Assembly: GCA_964540095.1 (NCBI GenBank)
Contig: CAZILH010000001.1
Location: 2,552-66,551 of the forward strand
DNA length: 64,000 bases
From: an uncultured Gammaproteobacteria bacterium
GTDB lineage: Bacteria; Patescibacteriota; Patescibacteriia; UBA1558; GWA2-36-10
Reading direction: 5' to 3'
The stretch's first letter is position 1. Each line of letters begins with the position of its first letter. Shown here piece by piece: positions 9,731 through 18,971 of this stretch. A program made the position numbers and the translations under genes. The notes beneath the pieces were generated by a model that saw only the letters and a list, made by a program, of their open reading frames with translations, did not search any database and had not been told where the DNA came from.

Positions 9731-9782
9731 ATACAGATGATAGCAAACTAACCAGTAAATGTCAATGCCAGCCAAATACTTT

Positions 9783-10050
9783 AATAAAAAAATTAACCCT
9801 CCCATAGCCGTAGCTTTTGGGAGGGTTGAGGTAGTGGGTCGCCGCATCAATCGAAGAGGCATCGCTGTGGTTTAGCAGTTTTGAACACCGCAAGTGCATC
9901 TTGTCTCTACAGGAGGAAACGCTCTTGGTCTTGGCACGAAACTGTCCCGCCGGATCCCAGACTTCGATCTCGATCTAGACCGTGTGACCACAGCGATGAA
10001 GGCCTTTCCTCTTTGCTCGCGACGACCCCACAAAGGTGGCATGAGCGAAC
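9783..10050 (-). ncRNA. putative structured small RNA A (about 265 nt, GC-rich rod-like fold); SRP-RNA/6S-like candidates, identity unresolved
   Basis: Perfect minus-strand TTGACA-17-TATAAT promoter (RC of ~10057-10085); 12-bp perfect long-range pairing catcgctgtggt/accacagcgatg nested in outer stem gggtcgtcgc/gcggcgaccc; apical UCC-GGCG-GGA resembles SRP domain IV UCC-GGAA-GGA; terminator aaccctccc...gggagggtt plus T-run. Confidence 0.3.
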
Positions 10051-10109
10051 ACAATAATTATATTATGCCTTAATTTTTTTGTCAAAGTTTATTTATTAAA
10101 AAAAGGGAT

Positions 10110-10802
10110 TTACCATCCCTTTACTTTCAGGGCCTTAGTAGCGGCCGCTGTCTGGGCCTCTTGCTTGCTATAGCCCTCACCATCAGCCACCAATTCTTTA
10201 TCTAAGTATACACCGATAATAAATTTTTTATTATGATCTGGCCCTGATTCTGACAACACCCGATAACGCGGGGTGACATTGTTTATCTCTTGGGCTTTTT
10301 CTTGAAAGCGACTTTTGGCGTCAATATATGTTTGCGAAGCAATGATGTCTGGCAAAGTCACTAGTATATTTTTTTTAATAAACTTATCAACTACGCGAAA
10401 TCCTTGATCAAGGTAGATGGCTCCCAATAGAGCTTCCATGGCATTGGCCAAGATATAACCGCGGGCTTTTTTGTTGGTGTCTTGGGACTCACCCTTACTC
10501 AAATACAAAAAACCATAAACACCCAGCTTCTCCGCAATCGTGGCTAGGTGCGTAGCATTGACTAAAGCTGAACGCCAGTTAGTCAGAGTTCCTTCATTCT
10601 CCTGATAATTGTGATACAAATAATCAGTGACCGACAGTTCCAAAACCGCGTCACCCAAAAACTCCAAACGCTCATTTTGCTCTATTGGAAAATCTTTATG
10701 TTCATTCAAATAAGAGCGATGCACCAAAGCGTTTTTCAAAATATCCGTATCCTTAAATTTCACTTCCAGCTTGTCTTCCAATAAAGAAATATTTTTTTGC
10801 AT
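10110..10802 (-). CDS. rnc: ribonuclease III
   Basis: ERLEFLGDAVLELSV RNase III signature; C-terminal dsRBD. Confidence 0.9.
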   Translation of the reverse strand: MQKNISLLEDKLEVKFKDTDILKNALVHRSYLNEHKDFPIEQNERLEFLGDAVLELSVTDYLYHNYQENEGTLTNWRSALVNATHLATIAEKLGVYGFLYLSKGESQDTNKKARGYILANAMEALLGAIYLDQGFRVVDKFIKKNILVTLPDIIASQTYIDAKSRFQEKAQEINNVTPRYRVLSESGPDHNKKFIIGVYLDKELVADGEGYSKQEAQTAAATKALKVKGW

Positions 10803-10803
10803 A

Positions 10804-11667
10804 CTATTCCAAATTTAACTTTTGCCAAGCCATGTTAAAAATATCCTTGGCATTGTCATAGCCCAAAACATCCAAAACCTCGTGCCTAGGGTACCACTTT
10901 ACATCCAGCAATTCAGAAACTTTTGGCACTATGATTTCCTTGTCTTTGGTCTCGACCAAAAAATATTTTATTAGTTTGCGGTAGGGCTTCACCTCTGGCT
11001 TATGTACCTTGACTTGGGTCTCACCCAGATAATCTTTGACTACTAGATTTTTCAAGCCGGTCTCTTCAAACAACTCTCGAGCTACGGCCTTTTCCAAGCT
11101 TTCACCTTCATTGACGTGACCTTTGGGGAAAGTCCACTTACCATAAGCATCCAGCAACAATACAAAATAATAACCATCTTCTTCCTGACGATAAATCACA
11201 CCGCCGGCTGACACTTCTTTGATACCCTGACTGACTAAGGTCTGTTTTTCACCTTTACTAATCATTTCTTTGTAGATGCTACCCAAAACGCCATTAACAA
11301 ATTTGCCGCTAGCATCACCGCCAAAAGCTTTGGCTAGCTCTATGGCTTCATTGATGGCTACTTTTGGTGGTATGTCATGATCCATCTTCAACTCACAAAT
11401 ACCAATGCGCAAAACATTACGGTCAATCAAAGTAATTTGGTCTATCGGCCACTCTGGGGCAAATTTACCAATCAACTTATCAATGGACTTCTGATTGGCT
11501 ACCACTTTTTCAATCAAATTCAAAGCAAAACCTTGATCGTCAAATTCCGGAGCAAATTCTTTTTGATTAAATTTCAAAATGTCACCAATATTTCCTTGGT
11601 GATTATTAAAATCCCACTCAAAGAGTGCTTGTAAAACAATAGTTCGAGCTAAATGACGATTAGCCAT
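10804..11667 (-). CDS. nusB: NusB antitermination factor fused to a C-terminal NUDIX hydrolase domain
   Basis: N-terminal half near-identical to NusB core ([32 protein letters not shown] versus E. coli [32 protein letters not shown]); C-terminal half carries Nudix box [23 protein letters not shown]. Confidence 0.85.
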   Translation of the reverse strand: [287 protein letters not shown]

Positions 11668-11670
11668 TGC

Positions 11671-11865
11671 TTATTTTTTGTTTACTTGGCTTTTGGTGGC
11701 TACTTTTTTTTCACCCTTATAGTAACCACATTTATTGCAAGCGCGGTGTGGCAATAATATTGCTCCGCAATTTTTACACTTGGTGGTACTGGCTTTTTTC
11801 AAAGCAAAATGCGACGCCCTGCGACGCGCTGAACTCTTGGTAAGTTTCTTTGTAGGTAAACCCAT
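11671..11865 (-). CDS. rpmF: 50S ribosomal protein L32
   Basis: Basic about 64-aa protein with C-x2-C...C-x2-C zinc ribbon (CKNCGA...CNKCGYY), typical L32. Confidence 0.85.
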   Translation of the reverse strand: MGLPTKKLTKSSARRRASHFALKKASTTKCKNCGAILLPHRACNKCGYYKGEKKVATKSQVNKK

Positions 11866-11962
11866 AATTTTTTTATTAGTTTCGTGATTTTAGCTAAATT
11901 TCCTATTTTGGTCAAGGAAGACCAAGTAAATCCCCGTCAATTATACCAAAGTTTAGGACTAT

Positions 11963-12195
11963 TGACAAACATAAAAAAACATGATATTATGACCCATCTA
12001 TTTAGAAAAGCACCTTAATTAGCGTTTTTAATATTTTTTCAGGCAACTGTGTCCACGACAAGCATGGGAATCATTTTTTTCGTCTAATTTGGCTACGGCT
12101 GAATTATTTCAAAAAATGGTTTTCTTGGACACAGCTGCTTGGAAAAATAATCTATCGTGGCCATATAAAAAAACGTCCCGCACTGCGGGACGTTT
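11963..12195 (+). ncRNA. orphan promoter-to-terminator unit (about 200 nt), candidate sRNA
   Basis: TTGACA-17-TATTAT promoter at 11963-11991; 13-bp long-range inverted repeat gcaactgtgtcca/tggacacagctgc; terminator aaaaaacgtcccgcactgcgggacgttttttt; only tiny ORFs (7 and 18 aa). Confidence 0.3.
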
Positions 12196-12197
12196 TT

Positions 12198-14075
12198 TTA
12201 TTGACTTGGTGTTGTACTAGGAGTGGTGGTGGCCGTACCTCCACTAGCTTCAGCAGCAATTTCTTCGGCCGTAGCACCCACCAGGCAAACTGCCTGCCAA
12301 GGCACATAGTGACTAGAAAAAGTGACTTTGACTGGTTCTGGTTTGTTTAAATATTGAACAATATAATCAAACTTAGCATCAGCTCCGGCGTGGGCACTCT
12401 CCGTACACTTAGTTTGGCCTACTGGTAAATTGGTGGTTTTTACAATTTTTTTCGGCGCTGGAGAAACTACATTATAGATTATCGGCTTGGTGGTAGTAGC
12501 CACGCGACCATCTGCTGTCCCCCAAAAATCAAAATATAATTTTGTGCCCTCTATTCTGGTTTGAATCAAAATATAATTACCAGTGTCATTCAAAAATTTT
12601 AAATCTGGCTTAGGGTCATAAATCGTGGCATCCATGCCAGCGGGCTCATAATAAACCACCCGATAAGAATGATTGCGTCTTTCGGTGATTGGCAGACCAG
12701 TACTCAGAGCCGCTCGAAAAACAGTGGTGCCGATCTGACACAAACCCCCGCCATACTCTGGTATTGTTTTGCTGCCCTTGATCACCAACTCCTGCTTGTA
12801 GCCATGCTCACCATCAATGTCGCCCAAGGCCGTAATCAAAGAAAACTCTTCGTCAACATTGATAAGCAAACCATTGAGCGTGTCCGCCCCAACTCCTATA
12901 TTGTGTATGCGATTGGGGGGACTGCCCTTGAAATCCGATTCGCCAGTACCCAAAAGCGTGCCAATACCCAAATCATTGGCGTCGCTATTCATTATTTTTG
13001 GTTTGACTGTTTCTACAACAATATCAAAATTATTTTTATTAGAACCCAATATCTTTTCGGCATTAGCTATTGTCTTGGTCCAATCAATCATCTTGCCTTC
13101 TTGGCTAGCCATAAATTCCGAAACCTTGCCGTTGTTTAATTTGAACTTGGCATCCTGAACCAAAACTTCAATATCTGAACTTAAGCCCTGATCATCAAAA
13201 TATTTTTTTGCTTTTTCAATGTCAAAACCTAAATACGGTTTATTTTTATTAAATTTAATTTGTAGCCACTGTCGCCAATCAGCATTAGCAATAGTTGTTG
13301 CCTGCTCATTATAATGAGCTACCAAATCTCCTTGCTGAGTGGTGTTGATAATTTGACTACGAAACTTATCTATTACCGCGCTAGTGACTATGGGTTTGTC
13401 CTCGACCACTACTAAATTAATTTCTCCTGTCTGCAATTTTTTTATTTGCTCCTCAGTGTCTGACATGGCCTGCTCATAGGTAAATGTCTGGCCAATAATC
13501 TCTGGATTTATCTTCAAGCCACCGGCTGATTCAAACTCAAAACTAGCTTCTTTTTTGCTAGGCAACAAACCCTTGAAATCTTCCTCCAAAATACTGCGAT
13601 GACGCTCCTTATCCCAAGTATAATCAAGCGACCAAGTTTTGCCTCCCAGCATTACGCTAATTTTATTCAACAAATTAGCGGGCCGCTCATCTTTTTGAAA
13701 TTTTAAAATTTTATCCAAACTTTTTTCCATCTGCCACATGACCAAAGGAAAAGAGCTGTCAGCCGAACCAGCGCTAATAATAGGATAAATGGTGGACTTT
13801 TTGCCTTGTCCCATATAGACGAAGCCATCGCGACTAAAAGTGTCCAAATGCTCTTGGGTTTTCTTTTTGGCCTGCTCATAGGTCAGCCCGCCAATATTAA
13901 CACTGCCAAGTTTTGTTCCTGGCAAAAAAACATTGGCATACTTGTAGTTGACAGTGGCATTAGCCACAAAAACAGCTACCAATAAAAAACAAAAAACCGC
14001 TGCTACAATCAGAATTATTTTTAGCGGCCAATGCTTGTGCTTTTCTTCTGCAACAATTTTATCCTTCAGTGTCAT
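12198..14075 (-). CDS. VanW-family protein with N-terminal TM anchor
   Basis: EYGGGLCQIGTTVFRAAL matches the VanW domain GGGxCQxSTT motif; single N-terminal TM. Confidence 0.7.
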   Translation of the reverse strand: MTLKDKIVAEEKHKHWPLKIILIVAAVFCFLLVAVFVANATVNYKYANVFLPGTKLGSVNIGGLTYEQAKKKTQEHLDTFSRDGFVYMGQGKKSTIYPIISAGSADSSFPLVMWQMEKSLDKILKFQKDERPANLLNKISVMLGGKTWSLDYTWDKERHRSILEEDFKGLLPSKKEASFEFESAGGLKINPEIIGQTFTYEQAMSDTEEQIKKLQTGEINLVVVEDKPIVTSAVIDKFRSQIINTTQQGDLVAHYNEQATTIANADWRQWLQIKFNKNKPYLGFDIEKAKKYFDDQGLSSDIEVLVQDAKFKLNNGKVSEFMASQEGKMIDWTKTIANAEKILGSNKNNFDIVVETVKPKIMNSDANDLGIGTLLGTGESDFKGSPPNRIHNIGVGADTLNGLLINVDEEFSLITALGDIDGEHGYKQELVIKGSKTIPEYGGGLCQIGTTVFRAALSTGLPITERRNHSYRVVYYEPAGMDATIYDPKPDLKFLNDTGNYILIQTRIEGTKLYFDFWGTADGRVATTTKPIIYNVVSPAPKKIVKTTNLPVGQTKCTESAHAGADAKFDYIVQYLNKPEPVKVTFSSHYVPWQAVCLVGATAEEIAAEASGGTATTTPSTTPSQ

Positions 14076-14286
14076 TGTCTATCAAATCATTTAAAATTCT
14101 TTTTTGATCCTCGGCTGTCATTTTAATAGCGCTTGAATCCAAGGAAATATAGTAATTTATACTTTGATCAAATTTTTCACCCAACAGGGAGCTAGCCATA
14201 ATGACTTCCGCGCCAGTCGCGGTTTGAAAAACTAGTTTATCTCCCTCTGACCTAATATATTTTAGTAATAAATTTTTTGGCAACAT
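14059..14286 (-). CDS. small hypothetical protein (75 aa)
   Basis: ORF beginning right after hsp20 stop; no motif. Confidence 0.3.
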   Translation of the reverse strand: MLPKNLLLKYIRSEGDKLVFQTATGAEVIMASSLLGEKFDQSINYYISLDSSAIKMTAEDQKRILNDLIDNDTEG

Positions 14287-14287
14287 A

Positions 14288-14707
14288 CTAATTGTCGTCT
14301 TCCACCGAAATCTTCTTGCCATCAGCGTGATGAACTTTTGGCAAAACAATTGTCAGTATTCCATTTTTTATGGTGGCCTTTATTTTATCGGCTTGCACTT
14401 CTAATGGCAAAATAATCGAACGAGAAAAGCTACCCCAATAACATTCTTTGTAGAAATAATCATCTTCACTAATAGTTTGGTCTTGCTGTCGTTCACCGCG
14501 GATAGTCAACATGTCATTGTGAAAACTAATATCAATGTTGTCTGGATCTACTCCGGCTATGGTTGACTTGATAACAATATTATTTTTATCCTGATAAACA
14601 TCTACTGAGAGCTGACCCTCTTCGTCAAAGGCCTCTTCTTTATGCTCGATTGGCGCGGCTTCAAGCTCTTTAGCTGGCTGATTTTTTTTATTTTTCTTTT
14701 TAAACAT
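14288..14707 (-). CDS. Hsp20/alpha-crystallin family small heat-shock protein
   Basis: Alpha-crystallin domain pattern (GSFSRSIILP...GILTIVLPK). Confidence 0.85.
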   Translation of the reverse strand: MFKKKNKKNQPAKELEAAPIEHKEEAFDEEGQLSVDVYQDKNNIVIKSTIAGVDPDNIDISFHNDMLTIRGERQQDQTISEDDYFYKECYWGSFSRSIILPLEVQADKIKATIKNGILTIVLPKVHHADGKKISVEDDN

Positions 14708-14821
14708 AGTTATTGTTTATGCTTGTATTATAAAATCTTTCGAGTGACTTGTAAAGCAAAATTTGCCTTATCAGGATGATTATGATAAAAGAAAAGTGTA
14801 GGCACCAACCAAGGAGGAATT

Positions 14822-15082
14822 ATGGCCAACGTCATCAACGTCGACCAAGCTCCGCGGATCTCTCGGCGCCCCTTCTGGTACACCCTAGCGGTTTTTGCCT
14901 TTGTGGGCATGCTGATCCTGACGATCGGCTCGCTGTTCTTACCATCTCTAGCCGTCCTACTGCTCGAAGCACTCGTCCTGGGCCTCGCCCTGCTCTTTAC
15001 CTTGAGTTACTGGGTGATCGACATCGTTTGTCGAAGATTCGTTGACTGCCGCCAATTTCGGTGGCAAAAAAAAGGAGGCTGA
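14822..15082 (+). CDS. GC-rich cassette: small 2-TM membrane protein
   Basis: AAGGAGGA RBS at ~14808; GC-rich; two hydrophobic helices. Confidence 0.5.
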   Translation: MANVINVDQAPRISRRPFWYTLAVFAFVGMLILTIGSLFLPSLAVLLLEALVLGLALLFTLSYWVIDIVCRRFVDCRQFRWQKKGG

Positions 15083-15232
15083 GTGGGGATCGTGGCAGGT
15101 CCCAACAGAGAACAGATCCTGCATCAGTGGCCAACAAACGGCGCTGGTGCAGGATTTTTATTTTTAACAAAATTAAGAGCCCCCGTTCTGTGAAAAAACG
15201 GGGACTCATATTCGACAAGCTCCTAGCTAGAA

Positions 15233-15661
15233 TCAATCTGTGCGCAGATTGTAGATGAAGCTCTGCCTACGCAGATGATCAAGGATTGATTTGGTGACTG
15301 TTTGAGTGTCGCTGGTAGTCGTCAGGCCGATAGCTGTCCAACACACATCGTCAATTTGCAAAAGCCGAATGTCCCAATTCAGCTTCTGCTTATGCTGATA
15401 GTCGGTGAGCTCTTGACGCTGCGTGGGATCCAGTGGATAGCTGAATACCAGATAGACCTGATCCGGTGCCTCATACAAGACAAGGTAGATGAAGTCGATT
15501 TGGTACGGACTAATGACACCCTTACCCCATGTCAAACACTGGGTATTGTTGTGACTCGGTAATGTGGGCCAAATCAAAGGCATCACCGACGGCTCGTTGT
15601 TGCCAAGGGCCGGCATGGCCAAACACAGGAAGCAAAAGGCCAACAAAACAAAACGACACAT
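15233..15661 (-). CDS. GC-rich cassette: secreted hypothetical protein (signal peptide)
   Basis: N-terminal signal peptide MCRFVLLAFCFLCLAMPALG; GGAGG RBS; GC-rich. Confidence 0.5.
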   Translation of the reverse strand: MCRFVLLAFCFLCLAMPALGNNEPSVMPLIWPTLPSHNNTQCLTWGKGVISPYQIDFIYLVLYEAPDQVYLVFSYPLDPTQRQELTDYQHKQKLNWDIRLLQIDDVCWTAIGLTTTSDTQTVTKSILDHLRRQSFIYNLRTD

Positions 15662-15799
15662 GATGCCCCTCCTTGAGCGCTAGAAGTGATGAAAGAACTG
15701 GGACAATTGAGTAGTATATAGTAAATAAATAATTTGTAAAGAAAAAACAGGCTCGGATAATTCCGAGGCCTGCTTGTCTGGCCGACTCTGCTAAATACT

Positions 15800-16210
15800 T
15801 CACGCTTCCATCATGCGGACGAGACAAAGACGATTTTCATTGATCCGCCCAATAATCGACGGGGATTTGGCAAGCGCCTCCTCACTTCTTACTGCGCCCT
15901 CAATTCTATCTAGCTCTTGGCTAGTTAGCCGCCTTGCTGTGTAGCCAACCCCGCCGACACGACCATAAAAATCCAACAGCGAAGTTAGCACGCCATATCT
16001 CACATCCACGTTGAGCGTTTTGTCTTCTAGTTTTGCCAGAAGATAACTTATGTGAGTATCAGCCTCACGCTCAGTTCTGGCTCTACTAATTTCATTTTCT
16101 AACCTGCAAGCTTCCTCCTTTTTCTTGTCGCGATGTATTTGCCACCACATAGAAAAAGTTGCAACAAAAATGACCGAGCAGATTATCAGAATAGGAGTAA
16201 GGTAATGCAT
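15800..16210 (-). CDS. GC-rich cassette: N-terminal TM-anchored hypothetical protein
   Basis: GGAGG RBS; TM then charged coiled region; terminator hairpin ~15745-15780 downstream. Confidence 0.5.
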   Translation of the reverse strand: MHYLTPILIICSVIFVATFSMWWQIHRDKKKEEACRLENEISRARTEREADTHISYLLAKLEDKTLNVDVRYGVLTSLLDFYGRVGGVGYTARRLTSQELDRIEGAVRSEEALAKSPSIIGRINENRLCLVRMMEA

Positions 16211-16359
16211 GGCAACGCCTCCAAATCATCACTCTCTTGGCCAGACACTTAAAGAACTAATTTAAGTATATACTCTCTTTACCCTGGCCTGTCAATGGTG
16301 TATTTTTAATTCGTTTTATCAAAATTTCACAACTAAAAAACATCCTGTTTTGGGATGTC

Positions 16360-16437
16360 TGGTGGTCGCAGGAGGACTCGAACCTCCGACCTCTACAATG
16401 TCAATGTAGCGCTCTAACCAGCTGAGCTATGCGACCC
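16360..16437 (-). tRNA. tRNA-Val: tRNA-Val (anticodon GAC), CCA encoded
   Basis: RC folds as cloverleaf: GGGTCGCATAGCTCAGCTGGTTAGAGCGCTACATTGACATTGTAGAGGTCGGAGGTTCGAGTCCTCCTGCGACCACCA. Confidence 0.85.
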
Positions 16438-16940
16438 TATTTAATATATAAATACATGGCTGACCGACCAACTGGCTTATCAATTATTGTCGGCTGCCAA
16501 CCCTCTATTGGCCAGACATAGGCAATCACCCGTGTACCCGGCTTTAATTCTTTGGCCAATTTATTTTTTAATTGATCATAAATACGCGGAATCAAAAAGA
16601 AATATACTACATCTGCCTCTTTCAAGTCAACCAGCCAAAAATCACGAAATTTTATCTGTGCCTTACTACCTGAAAATATTTTTCTGATATACGCACCAAC
16701 AAATGGCAATATAGATACTTCCAAACCAATTGCCTTGGCACCCTGTTTGGCAGCCGCCATTACCAGTCGCCCGTCGCCGCAACCCAAATCATACACTACT
16801 TGTCCGGGCTTGATTTCTGCTAAACGCAAAAATCTTTCCACATCCTTTTGCCAGGTCGGCACCCAGCCAATACCACGAACCAGAGAATAGATGGTTGTAA
16901 CGGCAATGGCTATAACTAATATTAACAACAAATAATACAT
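16437..16940 (-). CDS. class I SAM-dependent methyltransferase with N-terminal TM helix
   Basis: VYDLGCGDGRL motif I of SAM MTases; stop codon abuts 5' end of tRNA-Val. Confidence 0.7.
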   Translation of the reverse strand: MYYLLLILVIAIAVTTIYSLVRGIGWVPTWQKDVERFLRLAEIKPGQVVYDLGCGDGRLVMAAAKQGAKAIGLEVSILPFVGAYIRKIFSGSKAQIKFRDFWLVDLKEADVVYFFLIPRIYDQLKNKLAKELKPGTRVIAYVWPIEGWQPTIIDKPVGRSAMYLYIK

Positions 16941-16943
16941 AAA

Positions 16944-17528
16944 TTATTCAATCATTTTCAAAAGTTCTTGTAGGACAATTGGCAGTTCTTTGGTGTTGTC
17001 TCGTTGGCCACTAAAATGTCCCTGTTTATGTTCTATAATTATTTTGGACCCCAACTTCTCGCGAAAATCATTTTGGTTTTCAAGTGGTACCCAAGGATCG
17101 TCGTCAGAAAAGATGGCCACACTTTTGCTTAGATGTTTTTTTATTTTATCAAAATCGATAGGCGCATCCAGCCACTCTTTGGCAACACTGCGAACCGTGT
17201 CGTCATCTTCTAGACCTACTAAACTTTTAAAAAAACCAGCCACAAAAACTGCCCCGCCAATTTTAGTATCCTTTGATAAATTTTCTAGATAACGCACAAT
17301 AGCTTGGCAGCCCATACTATGCCCAACAAAATAAGTGTCTTGATCGGGGCCTTTTACAAAATCCCTTAGAGCCGAAACCCAATTTTTTATTCTTGGTTCA
17401 TCGGCCTGAGGAAGTTGCGGAACAAAAACTTCAAAACCATGACTTTCTAACTGTCCTTTCAGCCAAGGAAACCACCCCTCTTCGGGATAACCGTCCCAAC
17501 CATGAATTATGTATACTTTTTTTGACAT
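16944..17528 (-). CDS. alpha/beta hydrolase (YdeN/RBBP9-like serine hydrolase)
   Basis: VYIIHGW...GHSMGC nucleophile elbow; start set at MSKKVYIIHGW to avoid overlap with tRNA-Leu. Confidence 0.7.
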   Translation of the reverse strand: MSKKVYIIHGWDGYPEEGWFPWLKGQLESHGFEVFVPQLPQADEPRIKNWVSALRDFVKGPDQDTYFVGHSMGCQAIVRYLENLSKDTKIGGAVFVAGFFKSLVGLEDDDTVRSVAKEWLDAPIDFDKIKKHLSKSVAIFSDDDPWVPLENQNDFREKLGSKIIIEHKQGHFSGQRDNTKELPIVLQELLKMIE

Positions 17529-17541
17529 GTCCTTAAATACT

Positions 17542-17638
17542 TGGTGCCGGGGAGAGGACTCGAACCTCCACACCCTTACGAGTACCAGCTCCTAAGGCTG
17601 GCGTGTCTACCAATTTCACCACCCCGGCATAAAACTAT
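17542..17638 (-). tRNA. tRNA-Leu: tRNA-Leu (anticodon TAG), long variable arm, CCA encoded
   Basis: RC: GCCGGGGTGGTGAAATTGGTAGACACGCCAGCCTTAGGAGCTGGTACTCGTAAGGGTGTGGAGGTTCGAGTCCTCTCCCCGGCACCA. Confidence 0.85.
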
Positions 17639-17771
17639 AAATTAAAACTTTTAAAAATACTGAACCACCCCACAATGACGCTGTTATTTATACTAAAAAA
17701 TGAAAAAAAAGTCAAAGTAACCAAGCCCACACAAAAAACAAGAGGGGCACCGGCTGTGTTGCCGACGCCCC

Positions 17772-18200
17772 CTAGAAACGAGTCTTATAGCAGACTGTCT
17801 CTTGACGACCATAAACCACTAAGTAGTCACGGCCGTATTCGCTGACAATGGCGATTGTGCCCTTGTCCGCCTTTTCATAAATGCGGTCAAAGAAGTGTGG
17901 CTCAGTCATACGGCCAGTAAAGGCGTTAGGCAGACAGTTGCTGTCAGGCAGTGTGCTGGCAAAGCTTCGACCATCAGGAAAACGATCAAGTAGAGACCAT
18001 GGCATTCGACCGGTAGCAGAGCGGAAATCCTTGATCGCTGGCTCAAGAAGCTGCGCCTGTGCTTCGGCTTTTTCTTGTTGTTGACCATCTTGATGTGCAT
18101 CTTTAAAAGCCCTGGCAATCCACATAACCAAACCAACTACCACGACAAGGGCCACGATAAGCACCGCCGCCCTTACTGCGCCTTTTTTAATTTTGTGCAT
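17772..18200 (-). CDS. GC-rich cassette: N-terminal TM-anchored hypothetical protein
   Basis: Strong AAGGAGGTGA RBS; divergent promoter region shared with 18384 gene; GC-rich. Confidence 0.5.
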   Translation of the reverse strand: MHKIKKGAVRAAVLIVALVVVVGLVMWIARAFKDAHQDGQQQEKAEAQAQLLEPAIKDFRSATGRMPWSLLDRFPDGRSFASTLPDSNCLPNAFTGRMTEPHFFDRIYEKADKGTIAIVSEYGRDYLVVYGRQETVCYKTRF

Positions 18201-18383
18201 AATGCAATCACCTCCTTCAAGGTGAAATGTGAAGTACTCTATCCCGCCCTGAAATTATCATTTTGCTGACACTGTGTCAAACTGCGCCTTACTAAATATT
18301 GACAAAATAGCCCTCATATAATAATATAATGCGTTCTTCACTGTCCTTCGCATCCCAACAAAAAACCCGAAATAATCGGGGAG

Positions 18384-18971
18384 GTGAAAATCATGTCTTT
18401 CTGGCAATGGTTGGAAAAGCGGCTGGTCACGGCTGACGATCCTCTTCCTCGTGGCTCAGCAGTCATCATTGGTGTTGGCATCGATGTGTCATCTAATGGT
18501 CGCTCTGCCAGCCCCTACTCCAGAGCCGTGGCTCAGAAGAGTGCTCTGCTCTTCCGTCTCGGCTGCGCTCGCCGGATTATCTTCACGGGTGGCTATTTCA
18601 AGCCCGGTGTTAGTGGCGTCACCGAAGCCTGGGGTATGGCCAACTGCCTCTTCCTTTACAAGCCGACCATACCAAGAGACAGGGTGGGGCTGGAGATCTA
18701 CGCCAACCGCACCTACCTGAACGCCGACTATACCTTACCCCTGCTTCGACCGGGTGAGAAAAGCGTGATCATTGTGGCCCAGCAGTGGCACGCTCGTCGT
18801 GTCCGTGCCACCTTCAAGAAACGCTGGGCTGGCTCAGGTATCGAAATCCGGGTCGTCAAGGCCTGGTCTAACTACGGTGGAGGAAGCCAGAAACGCCTCG
18901 ACCACTTCTGGTCATTTTTCCTCTGGGATTCACTCGCCTTCGTTGTCAGCAAGCTGAAGGGCTACTGCTGA
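18384..18971 (+). CDS. GC-rich cassette: DUF218/YdcF (ElyC/SanA-like) family protein
   Basis: GGAGGTG RBS, TTGACA-17-TAATAT promoter at ~18299-18327; pattern (IIFTGGY...VIIVAQQWHARR) resembles DUF218. Confidence 0.55.
   Translation: MKIMSFWQWLEKRLVTADDPLPRGSAVIIGVGIDVSSNGRSASPYSRAVAQKSALLFRLGCARRIIFTGGYFKPGVSGVTEAWGMANCLFLYKPTIPRDRVGLEIYANRTYLNADYTLPLLRPGEKSVIIVAQQWHARRVRATFKKRWAGSGIEIRVVKAWSNYGGGSQKRLDHFWSFFLWDSLAFVVSKLKGYC

Noticed and set aside
9551-9751. Plus-strand 66-aa ORF ending ...ARNENEQRIQMIAN that superficially resembles a tmRNA tag-peptide reading frame (ANDENYALAA-like NEN core)
   Set aside because: No tRNA-like domain: no T-arm GGTTCGAATCC-like motif, no 7-bp acceptor stem with 3' CCA on either strand; the peptide does not end in AA; promoter and terminator logic indicate minus-strand transcription
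9872-10054. Minus-strand 60-aa Arg-rich ORF inside the GC-rich non-coding region
   Set aside because: Its ATG lies upstream of the predicted transcription start; no RBS; composition-driven ORF in a structured RNA region
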